Shown here: positions 26,492 to 37,500 of the stretch, piece after piece | Position numbering within the stretch: position 1 is the stretch's first letter | Layout of the letters: each line of letters begins with the position of its first letter | IMG/VR virus record: IMGVR_UViG_3300028591_000086 | Location: 32,001 to 96,000 of that record | Source of the DNA: a virus | Lineage: Duplodnaviria; Caudoviricetes | Length of the DNA stretch: 64,000 bases | Direction: 5' to 3' (one strand) | Position numbers and translations under genes: made by a program | Notes under the pieces: generated by a model | Database searches by the model: none | Seen by the model: only the letters and a program-made list of their open reading frames with translations | Told to the model about the DNA's origin: nothing

Positions 26492-27382
26492 ATGAATTTA
26501 GAACGAAACACTGACGAATTTCTTATTAAAAAATTAAAAGATAATTTATATATGAAATTCGGGAAATCTAATGAAAATTACCAACAAGATATTGAACAAA
26601 TTTTAAATTTGTTTAAATCTGTTGAATCGTTTGATTCTACAAACGATAACGATACTGAAAAATGTAAATATATTTTCATAAGGTTATATAATCCTGTATA
26701 CGATAAAAAAATCTCTCCTACTAATATTCTCAAACGTGGACAATATGTTACTGTAGTAAACAATGTTTATGTTGCACACGCAGCTATAAATTATGATCTG
26801 AAAGATAAGTTTTGGGGACTTACTGGTTTAAAAGATAAAGGCCAATACGATTTTGCTATTGAAAGTTGTACAAACCCTACTGGAAATACATATATGGAAA
26901 ATTGTGATATCCAGAAAAGCACATGTTCAGTATATTGTATTCGATGTAAAGATGATGAATATAGTAAATGTAAAAACATTATATTAAAATATGCTAGAAA
27001 CCACAAAATATCTTATGACGTAGCTCATAATTTCATAATGGCGTTATCTGGGATAAAACGAAAGTTTTTCACTAAGAAAGATAAACGTCGAATCGGAAGG
27101 GAATCTCTTGAAATAATGAGTTTTGAATCTGAAAAACAAAATACGCCTAAAGTACAAGAAAAATTCGTATGTTCTACATTAGTAGCATATTTCATATACA
27201 GTACTATTTCAACAGTAAGAAATTGGTTCAACAATCATAACGTGGATTATAACCATGTCACCCCGTCTGACATAGTAGACATTAGAGGTGTCAAAAAACT
27301 GTTTACTTGTAAATGGTGCGATTATAATAAAACTATTAATGAATATGTGAAAAAACACCCAGAATTTGGCGAATACAAATAA
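26492..27382 (+). CDS. Permuted papain-like NlpC/P60 (YiiX/YebB-like) hydrolase
   Basis: His-first order: VAHAAI...SYD...FVCSTLVAY...VTPSDI. AACT-TGATAA-TG late-type motif at 26449-26460. Confidence 0.72.
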   Translation: MNLERNTDEFLIKKLKDNLYMKFGKSNENYQQDIEQILNLFKSVESFDSTNDNDTEKCKYIFIRLYNPVYDKKISPTNILKRGQYVTVVNNVYVAHAAINYDLKDKFWGLTGLKDKGQYDFAIESCTNPTGNTYMENCDIQKSTCSVYCIRCKDDEYSKCKNIILKYARNHKISYDVAHNFIMALSGIKRKFFTKKDKRRIGRESLEIMSFESEKQNTPKVQEKFVCSTLVAYFIYSTISTVRNWFNNHNVDYNHVTPSDIVDIRGVKKLFTCKWCDYNKTINEYVKKHPEFGEYK

Positions 27383-27383
27383 T

Positions 27384-27413
27384 AATTACGTGGTCTATAT
27401 AGACCACGTAATT
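27384..27413. terminator. Bidirectional terminator
   Basis: AATTACGTGGTCT / AGACCACGTAATT palindrome between convergent genes. Confidence 0.8.
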
Positions 27414-27429
27414 TTTTATAAATCAATAT

Positions 27430-28794
27430 TTATAAGTTGCGGATGTTCTTCGATGATTCTGGAAACGATTTTTCATTTGAAATATTTTTATGTTTCTTAA
27501 TTTTAACTATCGTTTTAACGCGTTTCTTTTCATCGACACCAACAGCTTGTTTAGCCATCGTGACGATATTGACTTCGTTTGGTTGTTCAAACGATTCATC
27601 AATATCAACAACAACTTCTTCAGGCATATTATTATCATTATCGTCTTTAAGAGAACTTTCAATCGTCGTGTTTTTAAGTCCAAACAATACATCGATATCA
27701 TCAAATATCACATTTTGATCTACAACAGGATCATAATGCATTTTGTCTCTAATATAGACTTTTGGAGTGACTTTTGTATCCATCTTAGAAATATAATTAA
27801 GTGTAGATGTTGGTGAATAATAATAGTAATTGTTAAATCTTTCAAAAATCATAAAATCAAGTAAACTGTTAGGCAATGACCAACTACTATTTTCAATTCC
27901 AGGAACAGCAGACGCTACTACACCGTCAGGATCGATACAATCATCAACATGTTTAAATATATCATAGGACATTTTACCCAATTCAATTGTAATAGTATGT
28001 TTACCTGAAGCGATATCGTTATTATCCAATAATTTATTTATTATATCATTGAAAGCGGTAATACATCTTGCACGTCGATCGAACTCATTCTGGCAATTTC
28101 TACAAAAATTAAGATATCCTGAATCATGTGAACAGATATTCAATAAAACTGTGGTTATTAATATCTTAGTTACAGGATTATATAAATATTCATACAATGA
28201 TTTAAGAACCTCAGTCACACACTCTGATTCTATAGAGTTATCGTTGTTCCAATTAGATAGATCTATACTTTCATTACATTCATTTAAATACAATCTATAT
28301 TTAATAGACAATTTATTATTCATTGTGATAAATTTATCCGACTCAAAGTCATAATATCCAGTATCCTTAGTAAGTATATTTATTGTCAGATTTAATGGAG
28401 CCGCAACAATAGCATCATTTTTGAGAAATACATAACTTAATGTGATACTAATAACAGATTTATCCAGTTGTTCTCTAATATCACTGATATATACATGTGG
28501 ACATAATCCAAAATCTATCAACCGTCTAGATCCAATAATTGTATTAAGATCAAATATATTATTTAGTTCTTTAGTAAAACATTCATTTACACACTGTTTA
28601 GAACCGTTATACCAAGATGTGTATATCAGATCTCCAATAATTCTAAGTAAAAGCTTAGCTTTGCAAAGGCTAGTTACAATAACTTCTTTTAAATCAGGTG
28701 TAAAATAAGAAGGTGTAGAATTCTTATAATATTCATTTATATCATACCAAATTTCGTTTCGCATATCCGTGTACATGTCTGTTTTTAATCTCAT
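27430..28794 (-). CDS. Hypothetical late protein (454 aa)
   Basis: AGGAG RBS and late promoter at 28825-28836. Confidence 0.75.
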   Translation of the reverse strand: MRLKTDMYTDMRNEIWYDINEYYKNSTPSYFTPDLKEVIVTSLCKAKLLLRIIGDLIYTSWYNGSKQCVNECFTKELNNIFDLNTIIGSRRLIDFGLCPHVYISDIREQLDKSVISITLSYVFLKNDAIVAAPLNLTINILTKDTGYYDFESDKFITMNNKLSIKYRLYLNECNESIDLSNWNNDNSIESECVTEVLKSLYEYLYNPVTKILITTVLLNICSHDSGYLNFCRNCQNEFDRRARCITAFNDIINKLLDNNDIASGKHTITIELGKMSYDIFKHVDDCIDPDGVVASAVPGIENSSWSLPNSLLDFMIFERFNNYYYYSPTSTLNYISKMDTKVTPKVYIRDKMHYDPVVDQNVIFDDIDVLFGLKNTTIESSLKDDNDNNMPEEVVVDIDESFEQPNEVNIVTMAKQAVGVDEKKRVKTIVKIKKHKNISNEKSFPESSKNIRNL

Positions 28795-28824
28795 AATTTT
28801 CTCCTATAAAATAGATTTAATTTC

Positions 28825-28887
28825 TATAAAAATGTTACATTTTTAATATTATTTAACACATTATTTAATATAAAAAACATCTTTATG
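28825..28887. promoter_or_regulatory. Back-to-back late promoters
   Basis: AACA-TTTTTA-TA (28825-28836, minus) and AACA-TCTTTA-TG (28876-28887, plus). Confidence 0.7.
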
Positions 28888-28922
28888 ATATTCTATATTT
28901 TTAATAAAAGCGAGGTAAAAAT

Positions 28923-30245
28923 ATGCCAACAATGTGCTATTTGAACTTCCCTGCTATAGAAATTAAAACTGCTACAGATAGTATTTTATACGCTGTTTCT
29001 AAATATGTAACTGGTAAATTTCCACAAAGAATCATTAAACAGACTTTCATAGATACATCTGATAAAATGCGAAGTTTATATAAAAATGCATTAAATTTTT
29101 ATAATGGAAAAATGTCAGAAAATAATAATTATGAAGAGATGTTAAAAATCCCAAGACCACATTTATTTATAGGATACACGTTCGATTCGTCGTTCGATTC
29201 CACTGAAACAGGTTTAGGCGAAACACAACCATACATGTTTCCAAACGCATTTTTCTTACAAGAACATCAACAATCAGCTTTTCCTATTTTTATAGATAAT
29301 AATAGAAAAATCTCTATCAAATCATCTAATTTAAGAATAAGAGTAACTGCTGAATTTACATTTACGTGTTCTAATAGAGAAGAACAGTTTACTATCTATA
29401 ATTATATTTTAAATACTTTAAAGGTGTATTATAATATGCCATTAAACGGAATTAAAGCATCATTCATTATGCCAGATTCACTTATAACGTTTGTAAAAGA
29501 TGCCCTATATGGTGAGAATTCAAATATAAGTGACGTGATGAACGGTTTAAGTGAATACCTTAAAAAAGGAAGCGGTGGTGATATATATCCAGTATTTAAA
29601 AATAATAAAGAAAAAGATAATTTCTTCGAACTAAAATATCATTATAGGCAAGTGGATTTTAGACTCACAGGAAAACCTCAAATGGATGAAGGTGAAAAAA
29701 CTGGGGAAGCTCCTGATAATTTTTTAGTTCGATTTCCAGCAGAAGTGCAATTTTATATACCAACAAATTATACTATTAAACTTCCTGAATTAGTTCCTAA
29801 TGGTGAAGGAAATATCTTCGAAGTGCCTAGTGCTATAAAATTAGACGCAGTAAACGATAATGATCTTAACGATCATGTATTAACTGTTATAAAACGATAT
29901 GAAGATATTGCTTATAGAGAACCGTCTCTATATGAAAAAGGATTTGACTTTGCTTTAAGAAGTGAATTCGCTATAATGAATCCAGAAGATTATTTTAATA
30001 TTCAAGATGTCTTAGATGATTCTCTAAAAACAGTTTTCAACTTTTTAACTCCAGCTGAAAGATTAGAGTGTTTTAAGTTTTACATATATGAAAACGGACG
30101 AATATTAGACAAAGACAAATTCTATACCATGGATGAAGATTGGAATATATTTATTCATGAAGGTGATATATTAAAAGGTCATGAAATTGAAATATATTTG
30201 AAAACTGATAAAATAAACGAAATCATAGATAAAAGGAAACGATAA
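28923..30245 (+). CDS. Virion structural protein, function not assigned (440 aa)
   Basis: First gene of a late operon leading into tail-appendage genes. GAGGT RBS. Confidence 0.55.
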   Translation: MPTMCYLNFPAIEIKTATDSILYAVSKYVTGKFPQRIIKQTFIDTSDKMRSLYKNALNFYNGKMSENNNYEEMLKIPRPHLFIGYTFDSSFDSTETGLGETQPYMFPNAFFLQEHQQSAFPIFIDNNRKISIKSSNLRIRVTAEFTFTCSNREEQFTIYNYILNTLKVYYNMPLNGIKASFIMPDSLITFVKDALYGENSNISDVMNGLSEYLKKGSGGDIYPVFKNNKEKDNFFELKYHYRQVDFRLTGKPQMDEGEKTGEAPDNFLVRFPAEVQFYIPTNYTIKLPELVPNGEGNIFEVPSAIKLDAVNDNDLNDHVLTVIKRYEDIAYREPSLYEKGFDFALRSEFAIMNPEDYFNIQDVLDDSLKTVFNFLTPAERLECFKFYIYENGRILDKDKFYTMDEDWNIFIHEGDILKGHEIEIYLKTDKINEIIDKRKR

Positions 30246-30247
30246 TT

Positions 30248-31582
30248 ATGGGTTTAGAAAATAATACTAATATAAATACATATTCTCAATTTCCTAATTT
30301 AGACCAACGAACTAAAGCGGAAAGAGATATGTTTATATCCGAGCACGAATTTGAAAAATCGTTAAGTTCAATGCTCACTGAATTGGATGGTCTTCTCAAT
30401 ACTACTAGTGGGAACACTTCTGAAATCCAAAGACAAAAAGAAAATGTTGCTGCGGAATTAAATAATTTAATTGCTATCACAGAAAGTACTTTACATGATT
30501 TGATTAAACGTTATATAAATCTTATATCAGATGAAAGTAATAAAGTACTTGCTGCTGAAGAAAGAATTTACTCTAAAATACAAAGCGTAATTCAAAGCAT
30601 CAATGTGAATATACAAAACCGAACAATTACATACGATGTAGTAATGAGTTATAAATTACGAATACTTGATGCAATATATAATTTGTTTGGTATAAAATCA
30701 CCTTATTCTGATGAAAGAAAAAATAATAAAAAATACGAAGTAAATTTGAATGAAACCGCTGTATTGAGGGAAGTAGATGAAGGAATTGGTTTCAGATCAA
30801 CTTCAATAAATATTGATCCTAGTGTTCAACAGGGTGAAGTTATCAAACTTTGTTCATGGGAACCTATAGCTAACGGAACACCTATACCTGCTTTCCTGGC
30901 TGAAGTGATTATAAGCGGAGACCTGTATGCATTTAGAGGCATAGTGTCTTCATCTAATAAAAACAAAAATGGAGAAAGAACAGTTGTATTCGACGCAGAT
31001 TATTTTGTCAATCAAGATTTACCTTTCTCTATAAAAACATTCTACGATAAAATTAATAACAAGATGGTGTTAGCACTAGTGTATGATTCTACTAATAATA
31101 AATTTACTAGTATTATCAAATTCGATTTAAGTATAAATCTTTTAGTTGGTGAGAACTTAGTATTCTCACCTAATTGTACAAAGATGGCTAACGCAGGATT
31201 ACTGACATTCGGAGTAACAATCAATTCAAATAACCTCGAATGTTATGATGTTTCTGGGAATAAAATATTGTCTCAATTCGATGATAATAATGAATATCTT
31301 GGTGGCGTCATTAAAACTCTTTATAGAGTACAAACTGGTTCTACTGTAAATATTGTACTAGGTATACCGGAAGGTAAAGGTGATTCTTATGGAATCCCTA
31401 ATATATACGATAATAGATATAGTGATTTGATATCTGTTAAAGTTAATGGAATTGAAAGAACAATTAGCAACGCTGATGGTTCGGACACACATTTCTATCT
31501 TTCATCTAATTTATTAAGTATAGAAAATGTAGATGGAGAAGTTCAGATTAAAATACGTGCTGTCAATTTAAATGAATATTAA
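30248..31582 (+). CDS. Putative tail-associated protein (coiled coil plus beta-rich and Ig-like C-terminus)
   Basis: Heptad-like N-terminal ~140 aa. C-terminal LSIENVDGEVQIKIRAV resembles the end of 54563-63079. Confidence 0.55.
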   Translation: MGLENNTNINTYSQFPNLDQRTKAERDMFISEHEFEKSLSSMLTELDGLLNTTSGNTSEIQRQKENVAAELNNLIAITESTLHDLIKRYINLISDESNKVLAAEERIYSKIQSVIQSINVNIQNRTITYDVVMSYKLRILDAIYNLFGIKSPYSDERKNNKKYEVNLNETAVLREVDEGIGFRSTSINIDPSVQQGEVIKLCSWEPIANGTPIPAFLAEVIISGDLYAFRGIVSSSNKNKNGERTVVFDADYFVNQDLPFSIKTFYDKINNKMVLALVYDSTNNKFTSIIKFDLSINLLVGENLVFSPNCTKMANAGLLTFGVTINSNNLECYDVSGNKILSQFDDNNEYLGGVIKTLYRVQTGSTVNIVLGIPEGKGDSYGIPNIYDNRYSDLISVKVNGIERTISNADGSDTHFYLSSNLLSIENVDGEVQIKIRAVNLNEY

Positions 31583-31599
31583 TTTATGGAGATAATCAT

Positions 31600-34500
31600 A
31601 TGGGTAATTATGTCTCTGAAGAATTGAATAACGGCTTTTTTCAAGATAATAATAATTATGAAGAAATAGGTGAATTACACGCTAGCAGCAAAAACGCTGT
31701 AGTAGGTAGAATAGATAGCCGTTATAATGCTACAAAGAAAAAATCTTTATTATATCCTGATTCGGACAGATTGATATATGACTATTATTCAGATGCAAGT
31801 GTCCGTGACATGGCTATTAGACCAATTCAAGATTCTTTAAGTGAAAAAATGTTATTTATAGGTAATAATTTTATTACTGTCTATGATTCCGACGGCGGAA
31901 ATTTCATTTTAAAAGAACCTAAAGATCTATTATCTTCTCTTAAAAATCCTCACACCACGGCAATCAATCCTGGTTTTGCCGGATTAGATGGAACTGAAAC
32001 CGATCCTGATGAAATAGAACGACTTACTGATAATGAAATTGAACAAATTTGTTCAAATTTATTATATTGTACAGATTTAGGAAAATATTTTCTTATATTT
32101 GTCGATTATTATGGTCATATTGTTCCATTTAAATTTGACCCTGATAATTTTAGCATTTCGAAATTTGCTCCTAAATTGTTCTATGATGAATTAACGAACA
32201 ATAATAAATTGTTATTTAAACCTTTTATTTTAAATGATATTTTATATCTCTTTATTTCAGGAGTAAATAATAGAATCGAATTATGGACTATAAATATAAA
32301 TGATCCTAATCCATCATCATTTACTAAAGATATTACTTCATGTGCTTCTCTCGGAAAGGCTACTATCCAATCTAGCAACAGTGAAGATAATTCTTTCGGT
32401 ATTACTATTGAAGAAATAAATAATCAACCCGTTATTAAAGTCTTCAATACCGTATTTACTGCTAATAAAAATGAACTTAATGCAATCGCTTTAACTATAG
32501 ATGATAAAACTTATACTCGTATGGAATATACTGTTGTGGAAAAATCAAATTTCAGTTATAGTTATAGCGGTATAAAAGAAATAAAAACTATTGCTGCGAA
32601 TGAAAAAATACATATTCTCATTTTATTAAGTAATGGAACTTTAAAGATAATAGATGACGGATATATTAACAACACGTTAAACGTTTATACTCGAAAAAAC
32701 GTTGACTCTATTTCATTCTTTATTCATAATAAAAATAATGAAATGAGTAACAAAAATGTTTTAAGATTTTACAACAAATATAACAAAGTCAACATTTGTT
32801 GTAAAGCATCAGATGATAATTCCGAAAATACATTGAATGGATTATTTACTGACACATTATATGCATTTGATAATTCGACTTGGACTAAGAGTGATAATCT
32901 TGGTACAAATTTCAATTATACTGCTAATATGCTGGATTATTATATTCACAACGATGTGACTATTGTATTCGGATATCATAAATTGAATGGAATTATTAAA
33001 CCGTTAATAAAATGTATTAATCCTAATAAAAATGCATATGTTATCGAATCAACAACATTAACAAATAAAGAATATGATAGGCCATTAGACAATGGTCTTG
33101 AACCTAATTCTGGTATCGATATAGTTAAAAATGTAGAATTCGGTAAATCTAAATTAGTTAAAGTCGAAATTAAACCTGAAATTAGCGATACTGTTCCTGA
33201 AAACTCTGAAATTAGTATTTCTGGAAAAGATTTTTATTCTACAGGTGAAATTCTTTGGACAGCTTTATATAAATCAGGAATCCCATTTAATACACAGATT
33301 AAAAGTTTTGGTCGAATCATCATAGATGGTCACGATATTCCTATCGAAAGCGTATTATTTACTCGACCTGATACTAATAAAACATTTGGTAGCGTTCTCT
33401 TAACATTCGATAAAATGTTTGATATTAATTCTCTTGAAAAGAAATATATTAAATTAGGTAATGTTTTATATCCGGGTATTCTTTTTAGAAATAATGAAGG
33501 ATTCTTGAATGATGCCATGATCTCAAATGTATTCAATGTCGATAATACATTTGCTTACGATGATGCTAATAATGGTAGATTATTTGAAGATGAATTATCT
33601 TTAACTATTAAACAATCTATTATTTTAAATGAAGATAATAAAAATCCTATCATGGTAGTTGCTGCTAGTGGTGGGAAAATAGCATCTGTTGATATTAATA
33701 CAGGTTCATTTACTACACCAAATGGTATAGATTATGGTAAAGATGCTCCTGGTATTTCTAGTGTAAATATTCCTTATAATCGAAACGATGGTGAAATCGT
33801 TACTATGGTTAGAGGCACACAGAAACTAAGGAATTATATAATTATTCTCTTTACTTCTGGTAAAATAATTAAATTAAATATTCTTGATAATACAATTTCT
33901 ATACCCACATCACCTTATATATCAAACGAAAATTGTAAAGATTTAACTACGGTATATAGCGTTAAAAATGATGTTCTTACATATGTAGTAAATGATAGCA
34001 CTAGAAATATTGCTAGATACGATATAAGTGGTGGTTCTGAAGGTGTATTATTAGAATCATTCAATGGTCTTAAACCAATTTCAAACGTAATTAATATTGA
34101 TAATAATTTTTATTTCGTTTCAAAAAATAAAAAACTCATTAGAGTAAATCTCACTAGTGCTAAAATACACATATGTAAAGATTTAAGTGATTTCATAACC
34201 AGAAATACAGATAAACCATGCGTTTCTATGTGCTATGACTTTAATGACAGAATTTATATCGCAGTATATGGAAACGATGAAAAACTTAGGTATTACAGTT
34301 TATCCGAAAATACAATATCTAGATATGTCTCTACTATTCAGAAAATTGAATTTGTTCTTGGTTGGTTTAACAATAATCTATATGTAATTGACGAAATATC
34401 TGGAAATAACGTTAGTTCAATAAGTCAAATCTATCATACAGATAATGATTTCAATAATGCTAGTTCTGAAAGATGTAATATTAGTATTAGAAATTTAAAC

Positions 34501-37500
34501 TTTAATTTTGACAAATATATAACGTTGAATCACAATTACATAGATGATAAATTAATCATCAGTTTGCAAACATCAAACAATCAAATATATAGAATACCAA
34601 TAAAAAACGATAATGATTTTATAGATGTAGAAATAAAACGCATCATATGTAATGAATACACAACAGTTTATGATACTACTAAAAATTACATATATCTTAC
34701 TAAATTAGGTGTTGGAATCTCTAATATTAACGATGAACTCACAAATGCTGTTAATAATTCAAGTGAAGGTGTTTTCATTCTTGGATATGCAAATAATGCA
34801 TTCTACTTCGTAAAAAATAATAAATTATTTGCGAAAGATCTAAGAAAATCTCACTATAATATAGATAACGAAATAAATGTTTCTGGATCAGTTATAAATC
34901 TCGTAACAAGATTACCTCAGAAATATGTAACAGATAATCTTCCATTAATAACTGCTGTTGGGTATGCTGATAAAGGCAATTTACTTGCCATAGCTTTTGC
35001 GGATGGTAGTATAGATAGTATATATCTCCCAGAATTCAATGCTGGTAATGGTTATTATGAATCTAATATGGGTGATACAATTGAGAACTATTCTAGAACC
35101 ATATATGTTGAAAGAACAATTAATTCCGATACATTGTTAAAAAATGTAAATAAACCTTCTATGAACGGTTATTCATTTATTGGTTGGAGTTATGATCGTT
35201 CAGAAGCTAATCTTATTCCTGTGGAATATAAAGAAACTCTTAATAGTACAATGATCCCAGCAGGTACTACTATATATGGTGTAATGAAAGATAATATAGA
35301 AGAGTACACAGATAGATCCGCAACTAGATTATATGCTAAAGCAGGCGAAATATCTAATACTCCTATTATATCAATAGAAGAACTTGGAGACGACGTATAT
35401 TTTAAAACAACAAGTAAAAGTATACGTTGGGCTAATGATATCGGTGTCTTCTTTAATGGTCATGATGAAGATTTCACTGGACAGAATACTTCAAAAGACA
35501 GTGGTGAATTCAACTTCAAATTAAAAAGTGGTATCTATATTAATGGAGCCGGTTCTGTAAATGTAGGAAAATATATCTTCTATATTAATGGATACAATCC
35601 TTCAGCTATAAATCCTCAAACTACAGTACATAATGGTATTGTGGTATATGATTCTCAATATAATGAATATGCAGTTTTAAGTAAAGGTACAGATAACCTT
35701 CACGGTTCTATATTGTCAAGAATATATCCATACTGTCATTATTACAACGGATATATTTATATATTTGGTGGTCTTATTAGACGAGATATACATGGTAACG
35801 GTTATGCTAACGGTAGTTCAGCTATCGATGATAATAATAACCTTAGTAAATTTTCTAGAACCAATAAAATTGAAAGATACGATATTCGTTCTGGTGAATA
35901 CTGTATACTGGAAGCTAAATACGGACCAGATGACAGATTTGAATATGGTGATACCGATGAACAACAACTTATTTTCTGTGGTTTAGATGAAATAAGACAT
36001 TTATCAGAATTGAATGATAATGGCGATTATCTTGTCGGTTCAATTTATATATCTGAATTAAATTATTCGGATGATTTTAAATTCGATTTAAACACCGAAA
36101 GTGTTGAAATTAATCAAACAGAAGAAAGCGGATATAATGCGAATGATATATTCCATATATTAGCCACTGTTAAAAATAAAAGCGGTAGTAAAGAAATACG
36201 ATTGAAACGAAATTTAAAATACAATAACAACAACTTAATCGAAGAATGTCTTTACATCGATAACAATTATAACAACATAAAGCAAGTTTTACTTGATAAT
36301 GTAAATCCTGTTAGAAAAGATATTTTTATAAATATTTCAGAATTTATAAACGAAGACACTTTCATACTCCAAATATTAAAAAAGACCGACAAAGAATTAA
36401 TTACTAAAAAGATTCGCATAAATGATGAAAATGAATTTGAAATTCTTGAGGAATCTATCAGTACAAATACTAATATACTTTATGACCCGATGTATTTCGA
36501 TATTGTAACATATTGTAAAAATAAAGTATCCAAAGTATTTGATATTGGGAATAACGAATATCTTATCGATAATACTTATAAGTCAATAAAATCTAAAGAT
36601 AGCACATACATATACACATATGATAAAACGATTTTACACAATATAGCTAATAGAATAGAAAAAATAGAAAACGATATTCCATTAAAAGCTATAGGTAATA
36701 ACGATAAATTCGTATTTGCTGAAAATAATCAATTCATAGTTCATTTCACCAGTACAAAACTTGTGGTTAAAAAGATAGATAATGATGGAAATGAATTAAG
36801 TATTTCTAAAAATATAAAACGCATAAATTCAGTTTCAACAATATATCAACCTAAAGATAATATTATCACTATATTATTATTTAATGATAATAATACTTTA
36901 TTTAAAATAGTGTCTTATTTTATAGATAAACACGTTTTAATAGAACGTTCAATAAACGAAGATACATACGAATATATAAACAATAATTTCTTATATTACT
37001 CTGAAAAATATAATAGCATATACAGTTCAAAACACAATAAATTTATAAGAATCAGTGGAATTGATGCTGAATCAATAGATGATAATAAAGAAGTTAGTTT
37101 TGTTAAAAAAGAATTTGTATCAAATATTATAGGATACGATATTTTATCAAATGATACTATAAATGTTTATGTTTTTTCTGAAAATGAAGATTATGCAAAT
37201 ATTGAAAATTATCAATTAAGTGAAACTGGAGATATTAGGAACTTAATACACAGTTGTCAATTGCAAGCTTCAAATATAAATCACGAGTTAAACACTAATT
37301 GTAAAATCATAAATAATACAATAGTTTCTATAAATACCGATAATAAAATACGTTATTACAAAGATAATGTAAATTATGATGATGTGTATATACCATCAGA
37401 AGCATCTATCTATCATATAGATGAATCTACTATACGATATTTATTAGGAAATGAACGTTTTATTTTACATAGATTATATAAATACAACCAAAATAATGAT

